A stretch of DNA of 64,000 nucleotides. Origin: the human T2T-CHM13v2.0 reference genome, Homo sapiens. The stretch lies in NCBI RefSeq assembly GCF_009914755.1, contig NC_060938.1; one strand, given 5' to 3'. The translations under genes and the position numbers were made by a program. The notes beneath the pieces were generated by a model, which was given only the letters and a program-made list of their open reading frames with translations, did not search any database and had not been told where the DNA came from. Of the stretch, positions 1-17,400 are shown in pieces (within the stretch, counting starts at the first letter, position 1; every line of letters starts with the position of its first letter).

Positions 1-984
1 TTTGATGTTTGGAAGTTTACATTTTTATGCAGTCTATTGACAGGAAAAGGATTTTTAAGAGCAAATGATGTTTCTATTAGAAGTGTATTTTCTTCCCTTG
101 GGTGGTATTGTTAAGTTTAACAGAAGGAAGGAAGAGGAACTGCTCAATTTTAGTTTAATCCTCTCAGAAGAGTTTTAAGTTATTAAAATGTATACAACGT
201 ATATATTAAGAATTATAACATTTTCGTACTTGCATTGTCTGTTTAAACAGTATATCAAAGAGCTCAAATTAGCACCCTTATCTTAGAAAGTTTTACATTT
301 GGATTTTGGTCTATTTTATTTCAACTTAAGACACATTAGAGGTGGGACAAGAGTTACAATGGATAAACGATTCATTGTGGGTGAAATTTTCTGAAGATGG
401 AGTAATTTACACGCTCATCTATCAGGAATGACTGGAGATGAGGATGGAAACAGTGACTGCCATGGGTTATTCAAAGCTGATAGTTCTCTGATTCACAGAC
501 ACCTACTGGGTCAAAAAGCCTCATGTTTTTACTCCCATGAGTCTAAATTTTATGGCCATGTGTGGTATAGATATTTTGGTTGGATTTTCCATGTTGATTT
601 TTTTTGGACCATTCTGCCTCAAGTTTATGTTAGCAATATAAGTAGCAAGACTCAACTATGAGCAAAATTATGTAATAAGCCTATTGATATTAACATCCAC
701 TAGAGCCAGTGATTCTCTGTGTGGGAAGCACGTATGTCTTTTGGGGAGGGAAAAAGGTGGCTTGTGTTATTCACTCATTCATTCATTCACTAATTTTTAT
801 TTTGTGCCTATTCGGAACATGTTTTTCAAAAGAACATATACTGTGTTAGAGGTTGAGAGTCCAGCTGTATACAAGACACAGTCCCTTCCCTAGTTTGAAA
901 GCAAAGTCCATTGCCCTGATTTATCTTGCATGATTTGTTAATCATGATATCTTTACTTTAATTTTCATATAAGGCAGGAGTTCC

Positions 985-1295
985 CTCTGATCGACTGCCT
1001 CAATGTCTGCATGGTTTACTTCACATCCTTCAGGTCTCTGCTTATATGTCTCCTTCTCAGAAAAGCCTTCCCAACCATCTCTCTAAACCTCTTGCCCTGA
1101 ATTATTTTATTCATGCTGTTTATTACCACATGGCATATTACATTACATATCTGTTTATCATCCAAACCGTATGCTAGAACGTAAGGTCCATGAGATGAGG
1201 GTGCTGTCGATTTTGTTGACTGCTTTTTCTCTAGCATAAAAAAATAGTTTGTGGGATATAGCAGGCACACAATAAATATTTGTTGAATGAGTTAA
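985..1295 (+). mobile_element. L2 (L2a-like) LINE 3' end
   Basis: Ends in the typical L2 terminus ...gcacacaataaatatttgttgaatgagt; upstream ccttcaggtctctgcttatatgtc...gccttccc motif. Confidence 0.7.
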
Positions 1296-1338
1296 TTCAC
1301 TGAATATTTGCATGCTTGTGATGTGTCTGGCACTGTCA

Positions 1339-1683
<345 letters not shown>

Positions 1684-2404
1684 TTAAGAAGAGCCTAGGT
1701 TATAAAAGGTGGGAAGATGCTGTGTAGGCAGCTTTATCTTCCCTTTTCTCTTTCCTGAGTGTCTTTGAATCCCTCCCTCTCCTCTCCTCTCTTCTCCTCT
1801 CCTAGCTGGTGGTAGTCTCTCTGTCAGCTGTGCTGAGTCCTTCTAGGGAGTGACATTGCATTCTTTTCATGACCTTCCCATGAGTGGCATAAAAACCCAG
1901 ATGTGCTCCACACATGAGCTGTGTATTCCCCAGACTACCAGGTAGCATGCTTTCCAGCACCTAGCTTTTTTCAGAAGTAGCCAAAGGCCACCTTAGGGTT
2001 TGAGAAATAGTCAAATGTTAGTAAATGTTCAAGGGTGCTTTTATTATAGTTTTCTTTTTCTGCTTTAATAATCACATAATACTGAAGCTTAGTTTTCTGA
2101 GAGCTGCATCATAGAGGAATTTAAAAGTTTTTAAAATCAGAGTTTCTTATCTCAGACTTTTCCCCTCAATTGCTGAAGCAGCTTGTCACTCAAGCCTTCC
2201 AAGATCTTGGTCATCGTCTCTCAGAGGTAGCATGCAAAGAGGATGAATGAGGGGCTATTTTTCTGGCTGTCACCGTGATTGGCTTTTAGCACAGAATGAT
2301 AGGGGTACGTCGTGCGATACATGAGATAGTTGTCCACAAGAGAAGCTGTCCTGCCCAGAATGATGGTGGTGCCCCTAGTGAGAAATGCTGACTCTAGCTC
2401 TATC

Positions 2405-3075
2405 CCTGGGGTTCTCAGCAAGGGTATTCCTAGCCTCTAGGGGTACTTTAGAAATTTGTGGATGTATTCGTGGTTTTCACAGTATTAGGGGGTGGTTTGC
2501 CATTGGCATTTAGTGGGTGGTGCCAAGGGTGCTAGAAATCAGGCAATGTACAGGGCAATTGCTCCACATCCCATTTGACTTTCAAATGCCTGCCAGGCAA
2601 CAGAGAAATAAAAAATTTATTGGTAGTCATCAGAGCCTAAATGATCTCTATAAGCAAAAGGTATTTTTTGCACAATTTAAATGGAGGGAATCCTGTATTT
2701 TGTTTTTTTGTTTTGTTTTGTTTTTTTTGAGACTTTACCAGGAGTTGTTTCCCATGTTGGCATCATTACTTGTGGTTTTGAAATTGGCGTATCAGTCAGC
2801 ATGTGTAGCTGCCCCATTCATGGTGATTGTAGCCTAGGGGCAAGAAGCTGACTACCTCATTGTGTTTTCTACAGCTCCTGTGCCTGGACATTTACATAGT
2901 GTAGTGTATATTGTATCATTATAAGTTCTTTCCCTTTTATTTCTCCTTTATATTGCAACTAGGTCATAGCATTGATTTATTAAAATTATATGCAGATTAG
3001 GTTATATTGTCTGTGATTTCTCATTTCAGGATTGCAGAGGGGGCCTGGAGTCTGATGGGGTTGAAAGCCTTCTCT
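2405..3075 (+). mobile_element. MER20B-like hAT-Charlie DNA transposon fossil
   Basis: ggttctcagc start, ggcatttagtgggtgg, gtatcagtcagcatgtgtagctg, tttcccttttatttctcctttatattg, ending tctgatggggttgaaagcc; resembles MER20B consensus as recalled. Confidence 0.7.
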
Positions 3076-3607
3076 CTAACCTAGTTTTGCAGCCATATGT
3101 CTCACCACTCTTCTCCATGAGCCCTGTTTCAGTCAAAGTGACTTGCTTTGTGTGCCTTTTTCGCTTTTCCTCCATGTGTGCGTGCCTTAAGCTTAAACTG
3201 CCCTTCCTCCTCAAAGCTCCCCCCTCTTCCCCCTCCCCATGTGCATCCCACCCATCCGTCAGAGCCCTGTTCCCTGGCAGCTGAGCGAGGTCATCGTTTA
3301 TTCTTCCTTGACCACCATAGCTCTGTGACTTTCTATTTTTTTGAACTACCCTAGCAATTGTAAGAACTCCTTCAACACTTATCTACATTCTGGTAGCATT
3401 GAGTACCTTATGTTTAAGTTGTCTCCTCAAATGGTTTGTAAGCTCCTTTCCTGTGGTAAACTTGTCTTAGTCTTCTTTTCATCCCATGCAGTGTCTACAA
3501 ACACTTTGCATCTGGCAAGCTCACACACATGCTACACTTTCTTCTCCTCTTTCCTTCCCCAAATATGTATCCTTTCCTGTCTATCATTTTGCTTATTACC
3601 GAAGTGA

Positions 3608-3932
<325 letters not shown>

Positions 3933-5449
3933 ATTGTTAACACATTTTTAAATACAGAGAAGTAAAAGAAGAAAATCATCATCATTGATCCTGCCACCCA
4001 GAGCCACGCATTGCCTCTTATTTTAGAACATTTCCTTCTAGGCCGTCATCTTTATGTTTATGCGTGTTTTTAACAATGTAGGAATCAAGTACTTTATACA
4101 GTTTGTATTTTGCTTTTCCTTCACATTTCATTTAATGTTATATTATGAGCATTTTCCAATGTCACTAAATAGTCTTAGAAAACATGTTTTATGGAAAATT
4201 TTAGACATAGAAAAAATAGAATGATATAATAAACCCCTAAATACCCAACATTTAGCTTCAGTAATTATCAGCATTCTGCCATTCTGAATGTGCTATTTGT
4301 AATGGATGCATGCCATTCATTGTTTGGATAATATATATGTTATTTAACCATTTCTCTGTTACTGAAAATTTAGATGATTTCTAGTTTTCTATAATTATAG
4401 ATGCTTATGTTTTTGTTCTTCTGGTCACAATTACTATTCTTCCTTCCTGGAGAACCTAATTAATTTCTTCATCATTAAGTAATTCTTGATTACTATTAGT
4501 TTCGTATTCTGGGGTTTTTATTGTATTTCATATCTGTGGCTGGTTTATTTGTCATTTTCTTTTCTCCATCCATCAACTATTTCTTGTGTTAGCCAGAATG
4601 GGTCTCAGTGAATTACAACAACAGGTTTTTCTATTCATTTTTTAGATAAAACTGAAAACTGGCAATGTAAGAAGATGATATTTACTTTCTAGGTGATTTA
4701 GGGGCAAATACAAGAAGGAAAGAGGAGATGATTTCAGGAGAAATGAAATCCTGTAAATTATCATCTTTACCCTATGGAAAATGATTTTACAAATGCTTAG
4801 TTTCGCTTAATTTTGATTGAAAAATGGCCCCCCTCTAAAGGCTGGAATAGTCACTAAGCTAAAAGTGCACTTGAAACCAATATGTATGAGTGTTTTCCTC
4901 AAGCTGATTTAAATGTATATTTTGATAAGTATATTTGGTATTAAAAACACCCAGCAGCTCCTCTTTTAAGGAGGTGCATTCTCAGGCAGTGGGGAGAGAT
5001 GGTCTTCTTAGGTCTGGCCAGGAGAGAGGCATGGGAGGATGAGCCAAGTGGGGGAGAATCAGAGCGGTGGTATTACTGGTGCCTTGTGAAAAGGAAGGAA
5101 GGAGTGCTGTTGTCCTAGTTCTGATGGGATTTCTTCTGTAGTATTTGTTGAAATTTTCAGACCAGATCATATACAGGAAGATGACTCATGTGCCTACCTA
5201 CCTACTCTAAGAAAATGTCTTTGTTTCTTCTGTTGCAGAAGTAAAACATGATTGCTATTAAAAAAAAAGTACATTTGCATAAATTTATAATAGAGGTAGA
5301 TAACATAGAAAGTAAAAGTCTTCCATAACCACAGACCTCCCCACTAAATGAACACTGTTAACAGCTCTGTTTATGCTCTTCTTGGTTTTCTTTCTGCCTA
5401 TTAAGTGTATATTATCTGCATAAGGTACAGAACGAAAATGCCACTCTTT

Positions 5450-5606
5450 GGCTGAGTGTGATAGCTTATGCCTGTAATTGCAGCACTTTGGGAGGTCAAG
5501 GTAGGAGGATTGCTTGAGCCCAGGAGATCAAGGCTGCAGTGAGCCATGATCATGCCACTACACTCCAGTCTGGGTGACAGCATGAGACTGTCTCAAAAAA
5601 AAAAAA
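5450..5606 (+). mobile_element. Monomeric Alu (FRAM-like)
   Basis: Single ~145-bp monomer plus A tail, with right-arm ggctgcagtgagccatgatcatgccact. Confidence 0.8.
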
Positions 5607-6269
5607 GCTACTTTTAAAATTGCAAGTGTTAATTAGATAATCAGAGCATGTTCAGACCTTTGAAGTATACAGACCACATGCAGTTTCTCCTGGCTAGAAG
5701 TAAGATGATAAGTACAAACAGCAGGACAGAACTTGTTGGATATGGAAATTGTAGTGGAAGGGAAAGCTTAAGAAAAGGGAGGTGTAAAAGCCCAAATTTT
5801 TATTAGTATTCAGAGGTTAAATTTTTATCACTGAATCAGATTTAATTGGTGGTTGTACTTTTTCCCTTGGGAACACATTAAAACAGTCACTACTACAAGA
5901 TGACTAAATCATGAATGAATTTAAAATATTAAACTAGTCTCAGACATACTAACATATCAGCAACTTATTGGTGCATAATTTTTGCATTGGAATTTAAGTG
6001 ACGGAAATATGCATGGCTGACATTAACACTTTTTTCTTTTGATTTTGGAGCCACTTCAAATAATACATCTTACAAGGTCTATTTCCAGTTTAGGGCCAAC
6101 CATGAATGATTAATTATATTGCTACCCTAACAGGACTTTAAATAATGAAGACAATGACATTTTTGCAATGTGAAATCCCATTTTATTCATTCATTGAAAA
6201 AATACCTACTCTGTGCCATGAATATTAAGAGTACAAACTTATAAAACTTGCCCCTGTCGTTCTTTGGTG

Positions 6270-6660
6270 TGTCGCAAATGCTTTTCCATTCATCTGGAAT
6301 ACCTTCCTCTCTTCCATCTGACGACATCTCTCTCAGCTTTCATTTCCCAACACAAAGGTCACTTCTCAGGTATAGCCATTTTAGTTCACTCTACAGACTG
6401 TCTTAGCAAATCTCAGTGATTTTCTTCTCACATTTGAGCACATCTTCACTAGAGTTTTATCTTACTATCTTATAAGTATACAATCACATACATGTTGAAT
6501 TCCTTGAGGTCAGAGTCCTCTTATCTTCATAGCGGCAGAGTCAAAATGGGTACAGGGCTGGTGCCATATATATATATGTATACATGTGTTTATTTATATA
6601 TATATTATTATAATATATAAAAAATATATACTGTATGTATATATATGTTGAATAAATGAT
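6270..6660 (+). mobile_element. Old L2 3' fragment containing a (TA)-rich tract
   Basis: tctggaataccttcc, ttccttgaggtcagag, terminal tgttgaataaatga; TA-rich low complexity at 6565-6648. Confidence 0.5.
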
Positions 6661-7286
6661 TAAACAAACTAAAAAAATCTAGTAAGGCAGACTAATGTCC
6701 TTACACTCCTAACTACAATACAAGGAACCAAGGAACAGCCTTCGGAGGGGAGGAGGTTCACTCTAGTGTCCCTCTTAATGCAGATTTTTAGTTTACGATA
6801 CTTAGATATTTAGATACTTGGATTAAGCAGGGTACTAAAAGTGTTGAATGGGGTTAACTGAGAGGAAAAGCTTCAATATAACATATTTAAGTGACAGTTC
6901 TCATTCAAAAATTGTGAAAAATTATTAACATTCTTATGTGGGCATTTTAGGAAAGTGTAAGAAAAAGATCTTTGTCCCATGGAGCATACATGATTTCCAA
7001 ATTGTATTTTTAATGGGATGATACTAGTTTTTTGCTTTTCATTTTAACTGTTCCAGAGTGGGACTGATAGTCTAAGGATCTTAGTAATTCAGAACTGTGA
7101 TTTGGAAATTAGAGTTCATGAAAGATTCAAGAAATAGTATCTTTTCAACCTAGAAAAAATAGAATTGAAGTGGCCTCACTAGTGGATCTCTTCCTCTGTG
7201 GAATTAGACTCCCAGGTCTGGTAGAGAAGGATCTTGGTCTTGTCAATTTAGTGTGGTAACTAGATAATGGTATGTGGCGTGGGAAG

Positions 7287-8055
<769 letters not shown>

Positions 8056-8435
8056 CGGGAGAGAAAAGCTTCAGGTTCTGAAAGGTAGCCTTCTCTGTTC
8101 ATAGCCTTCCTGAGGATTCTGTTGCTTGTAGCCAGACCTCTAAATCAGATCTTATGAAAGGGAGCCCCATGCAGAAGTGTTTTGTTTCATGCCCATTGCA
8201 TTTTATTGAAAAAGAAAACAAACAAAACACCATATATCTGTATTAGCTTTGGGGAGTGACACCTCAAAATCTGAGTTTCTTTTTTTTTTTTTTTGAAAAA
8301 TGGAAGATTTGGCAGCACCAAATATGCATTCCTATGTGGGTACAATCTGCTTAGCGTGTAGGAGCTGTCCTGTTAGGTAGGCATGCTTCAGTTTGCCTCA
8401 ATCCCCACATCTCTCTATCTCTCTGTTGTGGTCTT

Positions 8436-9063
<628 letters not shown>

Positions 9064-9975
9064 CCCTGTTGTGGTCTTAAGCACACATTGCTTCTGCCTG
9101 GTCCTGATAGACATCTGAGTTTATAATCCTTGGTCTCCATAAAGCAGTTTAGAGAAGGAAGGACAGATGAATCATGCTAATTTAGAAAGAGAGTGAGTTC
9201 TGTCTTGGAAGATGCACTTCTCTACAAAGGGAAGAAAGAGACAGGGAGACTAATCTTGTTGGGGACACAGTCTGAGCATTTGTTAGACTAACTAGAAGGT
9301 TTTACATAGATAAATAATGTGAAAACTGAGACACAAACACGGTTAACATGGTTCTGATTAAATATCTAGAAAATGACACAGTCAGCGTTCAAACTTAGGC
9401 AGTGTGTTTGTGGGTCCTTGCGTAACATAGCTGTTATGTTATACTGTCCACCAAGCTAATCCCATATTGCCCTGGCCTTCTAAATCTTTTTCCTCTACAA
9501 ATATATACATGTAGTTACATGCAAATACACAATGAGGTAATACTGTATGCATCCTATTTTATAATTGGCTGCCTTTATCTTAATAATAAAAGCAAGCATC
9601 ACATTTTTAATAACTGTGTAATAGCTAATCCTATGAACACATCATACTTGGTAGATATTATTATGATTAAAGAATTTAGTTTTGTCCCAACTTTTCACTA
9701 TTATAACATATTGTAATGCACTTCTTTTGTACACATATTTTAAAACACTCATTGGACTCTTCCTTAGGAAAAAGTAGATTTGCTGTGTCAAAAGTTACTA
9801 TTCCTCTCTCTCACCCCTTTTAAAAATTGCTGTATTTTTCTGGTTTTAAAGGAAACATAAGCTCACAGCAAAAAACAAAAGTCAGAAAATAAAGACAAAG
9901 AAAACAAAATAGACAATCTGTTATTTAGTGGTATAAACACCACTATCGGGAACGTGTGTTATTTACATTTCTGTT

Positions 9976-10345
<370 letters not shown>

Positions 10346-10724
10346 TAATGCACATTTAAATTTTTGATAGACATTCCCAAATATTATACCTGTTTTTGAG
10401 ACCTTTAATTCCTGTTGTCAAATTGCCCTATATATGGAGTAATAAACACGATTTAAAGAAATGAGGACTAAAAAAAGATTATATATAACGCAACATAAAG
10501 GCAACCTCTTAGGCGTTGACAGAAACTGACAACTTTTTATCTGTGGGTGCGATCCATTATAAGTAACCTGAGCACCTTATTTTTTCTTTTTAAACTCTAG
10601 GTAGGATACCCGAGGTCCACAAATTTTTCATAAGAAATATTTTTTCTCTGCCCTATGAGATTTTAAAAAATATTATACTGCTTCAATTGCATCAAAAGAA
10701 ATGGACCCTATTATCTATGATGAA

Positions 10725-10935
10725 GGATTTGGAGTTAGAAGACCTGAGTTTCAATTTTGGCATGGCTGTTTGTCTAGCTCTGTGATCTTGGACAGGTCAA
10801 TTGACTTGTCTTAATCTTCTCATCCATTTAGTGGAGACAGCACCACTATTCACAGGACTATTGTCAGAATTACGAGACAATAGCATAGGTGAAAATATAA
10901 AGTACTTTGTAAACTAAAATGTTACACGGATAAGC
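10725..10935 (+). mobile_element. MIR SINE
   Basis: ttggagttagaagacctgagtt...ctagctctgtgatcttggacag core. Confidence 0.7.
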
Positions 10936-13498
10936 TGATATCATTGGTAGCAAGAGCAACACTATTCCGAAGTTTTTGTGGTGTAGTTCCCTCTGATTAT
11001 TCTTCATATTACAGGTCAATCAATTGGGTAGACATCCTCTTAAACCTCTGTTCCTCTTTTCTTCTTAAAACACTGAGATCTCTTCATCTGAAATAAAAAT
11101 TTCGAGAGAGTTTATAGATTTGTAGTCTTGGATCCTGGAGAGAAGAGACATGTATTCCTGTATACACCCAGATCATTAATCCTACTTTTAATTCTACTCC
11201 AAACCTTGTACCACATCATTTCCTACTGCCAGGCTGGAGTGAGTAATGACAACCTTTTGGCAGATCAAATTTCAGTTTTAGAATTCAGGAAGCAAAGCTG
11301 TGTCCTGGCCTTTCTTTCTTCTTTTTAAATTATAGCTAAATGTCCTTTTCTGTTTGGGGGCAAGTTACATGCCTGGTTCTGCCAGAGCAAACGAAAACCA
11401 GGCACCTTCTCCTGAGCATGTCACTGTCATAAACCCAGGCAGTCTGGTGAGGCAGCTGCTTAAGAAATAATATTCCACCATTAACTGCCCCACCCCTGAA
11501 ATTAGCATCTTTGGAAGGCATTATCCAAGGTTTTGTTGTTGTTACTGTTTTTGTTTTTCTATTTATTCCTAAAACAAATCTTCATTAAGTTCATCCAGTG
11601 CTTCCATTGACCCAGCTGCTTGGAATTCAGTGAACTGTCAACAGAATATAATTTCTTTCAGAATTTGTTATTCTACTGGAACTACACTGCAGTGTCTTTG
11701 TGATTGAGTTAGCCACCAGATAACCTTTGCCCTCAATTTTCTAGACTAAAATTGTTTTCTTTGTTGTCCAGAACTTTGAGTTGCCATCTCCCAAGTAACT
11801 GTTTAGGATGGAAAACATATTGAGAGCTTGCTATTGAAAAATAATATGAGTCTTGTTGGTAGGATCCATTGTTGAAGGTGAAAGCCCCTTTACTAGGAGG
11901 CTGGATCCTTTGATTTTCTGACAGAACATTGGCCAACAGTACTGACACAGTACATTGAAATGTTCACCAACAACCTTAATCCTTTCTTGGGGAAGATAAT
12001 CTGCAGGGCGGGTTAGTCATGAATTACTCCAGGTTCTCCAAGAGCTAGCATTTTATCGTATTAGCACCAGCAAACAGCATGCTTAGACTACATCAGCTCA
12101 GCTATGCATAGCTATGCCTTTAGTGAGCTGCATTTCAGTATCTGGGTTTTGGCTTCTACCAACAATTAGAGGGAGAAATGGCCATCTGGCTTCAGCTGAA
12201 ATTGCCATTCCTTGTTTCTTAGAGTATTTCATGGAGGGGACTATGCCATAAATTCCTCTTCGAGCTCAGCAGTAGAAAATGGATGGTCCCTCCTGACGAA
12301 TCCATCTGCTTCCACATTTCAATTTCATTTATGAAATTGAGAATTCATAACCTATCCTGTTTCCTTTTTAGCTTTGGTTTCCTAAAGCTTGAAGCCAAAA
12401 TTAGTGCTTCATTACAATAACTCTCATCTCTGTTTCCTGGTAGTTGCCTCCCCTTTCTTCCATGTGGATTAGCTCTTTTTTTCTTTATTTCAACTATCCT
12501 GCTCTTGTGATTATTTTGAGCCATTTTAAATCCATTATGGAAGTAGGTAGAGTCCAGATTATAAATAAAATGGTATCACTTATATTATTGTCACAGTCAC
12601 ATTATTGGTTCATCTTTGGTGTTAGTCTCCTGCTTCCTTCTGAACTTCTCCTTTGTCCTTTTTGATTCATTCATATTGGGTGGGGATGAAAAACAAGAAT
12701 GAGTCTCAACAGAAACCCAGCGACATTTTAAAGCCTAAAGTTTTGATGCCTATTGTACAAATATTTTTATCTTCATGTAAATCAAAGGGCCATCACCTGG
12801 CTTAGGAATGGCAGGATTAGAGTAATTAGTGGAATTTGTTGCGGTTAAACAGTGGACTCCATAGCCAGGGCCTCCCGTGGAGGCTCCAATGTTGGAATTT
12901 ATAAAGTGTGTTTTATTTGAATCTTGTGTCTGTGTGTAAAGAATTGCTGTTTTAGGCAGAAACCAAGGCTGATGACTTGGAGAGAATACTCTAACCCCTC
13001 AGACACTCTTACATCACTATCCTAAGAACTAATAATGGGTATTAGAGTTGTAAAACTACAGTCTGGCTAGACTGACTTAAAGACTTTGGGGTGAGTTGAT
13101 GGTGCTAAGTCCTTAGAGAAAGAAGAAAACTCCGAAGGCATCTGGCAACCATGTTGGAGAGAAAATTGAGGGAAGCAATGTAGAAACAAAGGAGAAAGCA
13201 GGACAGAAACAGCAGGGTCCTGGGATCCGCCTGGTACCAGAGACTTCTTTTTTTCTCTCACTTGGGCTAGACCCAGAGACAGGCTTCTGGTTTAGAAGAG
13301 GAATGTGGGACTGGCTGGCCATGGATTAGATAACTGTGGAATCAATGCCCTTTTACTTGGGACATCTTTCCAAGTCTGGATTATTTCCTTAGGATTAACT
13401 GGGAAATCACTGTACAAAGAAGAAGCATATCAATAGACTGCTTCCTTATTTTCAACCCAGAATAATGCATTTTTCCATTGCTAGAGGACTGCTTTAAA

Positions 13499-13500
<2 letters not shown>

Positions 13501-13550
<50 letters not shown>
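13501..13550. repeat. (AC)25 microsatellite
   Basis: Perfect dinucleotide run. Confidence 0.99.
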
Positions 13551-13552
<2 letters not shown>

Positions 13553-13611
13553 AACACCAGGATAGCACAGACAGTGGCTTTCAGGGATGAAGATACTTCC
13601 TTTCCTGTCTG

Positions 13612-13795
13612 TTCTAGTCTCTTCTGGTTGCGTGGAACAGAAACTAGTACAAGCTAGCTTAAGGAGATGAAGCTTTATTGCAAGAATATAAAATGTTCTT
13701 GTGGGAATGACATGAGTAGCCCCATGGACAGAAACCTTCTCAGCCCTGTTGGGGCTAGAATTGGGAAGCTTTGGAGACTTAAGACATTCACCTTC
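13612..13795. mobile_element. Old MLT1-type MaLR LTR fragment
   Basis: tggttgcgtggaacagaaactagtacaagctagcttaag...tttattg resembles an old MLT1 (J/K/L group) end. Confidence 0.4.
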
Positions 13796-13984
13796 GGGAC
13801 ATCACACACCGGGGCCTGTTGTGGGGTGGGGGGAGTGGGGAGGGATAGCATTAGGAGATATACCTAATGTAAATGATGAGTTAATGGGTGCAGCACACCA
13901 ACACGGCACATGTATACATATGTAACAAACCTGCACGTTGTGCACATGTACCCTAGAACTTAAAGTATAATTAAAAAAAAAAAA
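13796..13984 (+). mobile_element. 5'-truncated young L1PA (3' UTR only)
   Basis: gggatagcattaggagatatacctaatg...gtaccctagaacttaaagtataat plus poly(A); 15-bp TSD aagacattc(a/g)ccttc at 13781 and 13985. Confidence 0.95.
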
Positions 13985-14044
13985 AAGACATTCGCCTTCT
14001 TACATTCTCTCTCAGTTCATGCCTGTCAGGCTAAATGTCTGGAT

Positions 14045-14211
14045 CCTTGTTACTTCAAGTGCACACTGGGGACCAGTATCAAGGACATCACCTGAGATCT
14101 TCTTGGAAATGCAGCTTCTCAGGTCACACTGCAGACCTACTGAATCCCAGCCTACCTTTTAACAGAACCCCCTGGTGATTTGTTTGCACATTAGAGTTTG
14201 AGGAACACTGG
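14045..14211 (+). mobile_element. MER5A hAT fossil
   Basis: catcacctgaga...gaaatgcag...ctactgaatc...gtttgaggaacactg. Confidence 0.75.
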
Positions 14212-14918
14212 TGTAGGTTTCTGGTTACTCATAGAGTTGTTCCCCTTACTCAGGTGCCCACCCCAGTGGTGGATGGGGGAGCGAGGCGGACCATGTGACT
14301 TGGCATGAACACACTGGGGCCACAAGATGCACATCTGATACATAATCTAAGACTGTTGGGTTTTCCTTTAGCTCATAGCATTTCCATCAAGGGTATTGGT
14401 AGTCTCCAGTTGCTGAGACAAAGTGAATAGAGAATCTCATGATTTATTTAAAAACAAAACTATTTTAATATGTCCCCATTTTATTTATATCTTACTTTTT
14501 ATTAGCCCAAAGATAATTAAACCCGAAAATACTGTAGACTCTGTATAATTTAGGCAGTTTTATGAATATGGATTTTAACTCTGACCTAAATGAGCTGTCT
14601 AGTGACTCAACAATAGCTACCTCTTGCTTCAAGATAGTAGGAACTGATCAGCTTATAAAGCTGATGCTGCCCAGTTCTGTTCTGAGTCCAGTGTGCATAG
14701 CTCTGGCTCCCACCATGCCCGTTAGCCTGTGAAATTGATTTTTTTAAATGGTTGTACAGGCATTTGGCCTATAGCCAAAGAAATGATTGAGCAAGTGAGT
14801 CCTGTTTCTGTATTGCTCTATGAATAAGTAGTTAGACCATTCAAGACTGCTGTACATGAGTCATTCATTCCCAGGGACACTTATAGTTCTTTTACATTTG
14901 GTGCATTCAGCATCCTAG

Positions 14919-15299
<381 letters not shown>

Positions 15300-15912
15300 C
15301 CATTATTTTATTGTATCCTTAATTCCCTTAGCTCACCCTTGCTGAGCATAGTTGTCTGTGGTAGAATTAGCCATTGGCTCCTTGCTTGCTCTTCCAGTTT
15401 GTGGTGTTTCAAGGTGCTGGAATCCACCACCAAGAATGGTGGCTTCCCACAATGCCTTTTAACAAGAATGTGTCTCTTCAATGCACGTTGTAACTTTCTC
15501 TTTGAATTTATTGAAGAACCACAAATTAAGTCTGTGTCTTTATTGAAGCAATTCAGGTGATGGGAAGAGGCTCTTGAATCAAGAAAGAAAGGAAGAACCA
15601 GGAGTGGTGATATTAGGTAAGGGGAGATTTAGGATCACTCTTCCGCAATACAAAATGAACTTCCTGTGCTAAGAAAACTTACAGCCCTGAATAAGGAGTT
15701 GATGGCATGTCTATGCAACGTACAATTTTATTCCTGGGACGTCGTTGGAAAACCATTACATTAGATGATCTTCAATCTTTTGTAGTTCTGAAAATTTATG
15801 AACGCTTATACATGTTGCTTATAAATCCTAAATGAAAAAAGGGCTCCCTGTCTTAAATTTATGTTCTATCTAATATGCACTTTTAAAGTTTGAGTTTTTA
15901 TTGCACTTCTGA

Positions 15913-16065
15913 TCTTTTTAAAATTATAAAACCTATCATACATACAAAAGAGTATATAACACTTATTAATATGTATAGTTAAAGATTAATAAGATGAATG
16001 CCCCTGTGCCTACCACCCAGCCTAAAAAACAGAACATTACCAGTGTCTTTGAAGCTGTCTCTGTT
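15913..16065 (-). mobile_element. L1M (L1ME/MC-like) 3' end fragment
   Basis: cctaccacccagcctaaaaaacagaacattaccag motif of old L1 3' UTRs. Confidence 0.6.
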
Positions 16066-17359
16066 AATGTGCATTTCTAGACTGCTTTAACTTATTGGAT
16101 TTGTGCATTGCAGTGTTTTATTTGTGAGCAGTTATATCAGTGAATACCAAGTGAGAGTGGCTCAGCCATTTTTACCTTATGCTCAAACTCCTTTCAGATT
16201 TCCAATCTGTCTGATATTGGATTTAAGAACAGTTAAATCTTACTGCTTGGAAACTGATCTTTAACAAGCTAGTTTTCCTGCTTTAAAATAATAGTGTTGT
16301 TCGTGATGTTAATTTCCCTGTTTCACTTGACAATTACAGCAGGGGTAGCTTCCCTGAGCACAGGATGAGGATCAGTCAGCTTGAGTATCTGGTACAGAAG
16401 GCAAGCTCCCTGTGCACCAAAAATCTACTCAGGCCCTGGAGAAAGCAAAAAAAAAACCCAGCAGAGCATAATTAATGGAAACTATCTTTAAGTCATCAAC
16501 ATTAAATGTGATTGAGGTAGCAGTATTTCCTGGGTGCATGATTGGGGCATTGAAGTACTACACTTTGATTTCTGATGTGAATTATTTGTTGCCATCTGAA
16601 GTTCCAAAGAGCCAAGATTGGATGTACATATTTTTAAAAATATGTGCTTTGGTGAAAAGCAAAGTTTTGGAAGGGTAGAAAACTTTCAGTAGCCACCAAA
16701 TTGTGTTATTTTAAAATGAGCAGGGAAACCTCACAGGGATGAGAATACCTAAACTGACAATTCTCAGGAGGCCCTGTCAAAATGCCCATCCTGCTAAAGG
16801 TTTGAGTTCATGGCCAAAGGCATTGTTTTTTTATAAATATAATTTTAATGGCTATAATAATTTCTGTATTGCTCCATTGTTTGGTATGTAACTATTGTAA
16901 TTAATGTTGTCATAAACATATTTGTGTGTAAAACTGTATTTTCTTAAAACATTGGGGCATTAAACATGCCTATATATATATATATGTATATATATAAACA
17001 TGCCCATATATATGTATGACTTAAAAAATTATTTTACGGAATGATCACTTTCCATTACAGACATTTTGAGGAACTCATATATTTACAACATGCTTGCTAA
17101 ATAGTCAACATTTATCCTTATTCCTCTGACTGCCCTGGTAGAGACAGACTGGAGCCTAACTTAGAATAAAACAATAATCAACCTATTTCAACAGGTGTTT
17201 ATTAGGTGCCCATTTTTACCTTCAGGTTGTTCTAAGTACTAGGAAAGTGAGGAAGTTGCAAAAAGAAGCTTAATGTGCAGCCCCGCCTTTTAGAAAATAT
17301 GAAGCATGTCATTTCTGTTACAAGGAAAAGAGCTCATTCCTCTATGTCTTACTTCTGGG

Positions 17360-17360
<1 letters not shown>

Positions 17361-17400
<40 letters not shown>
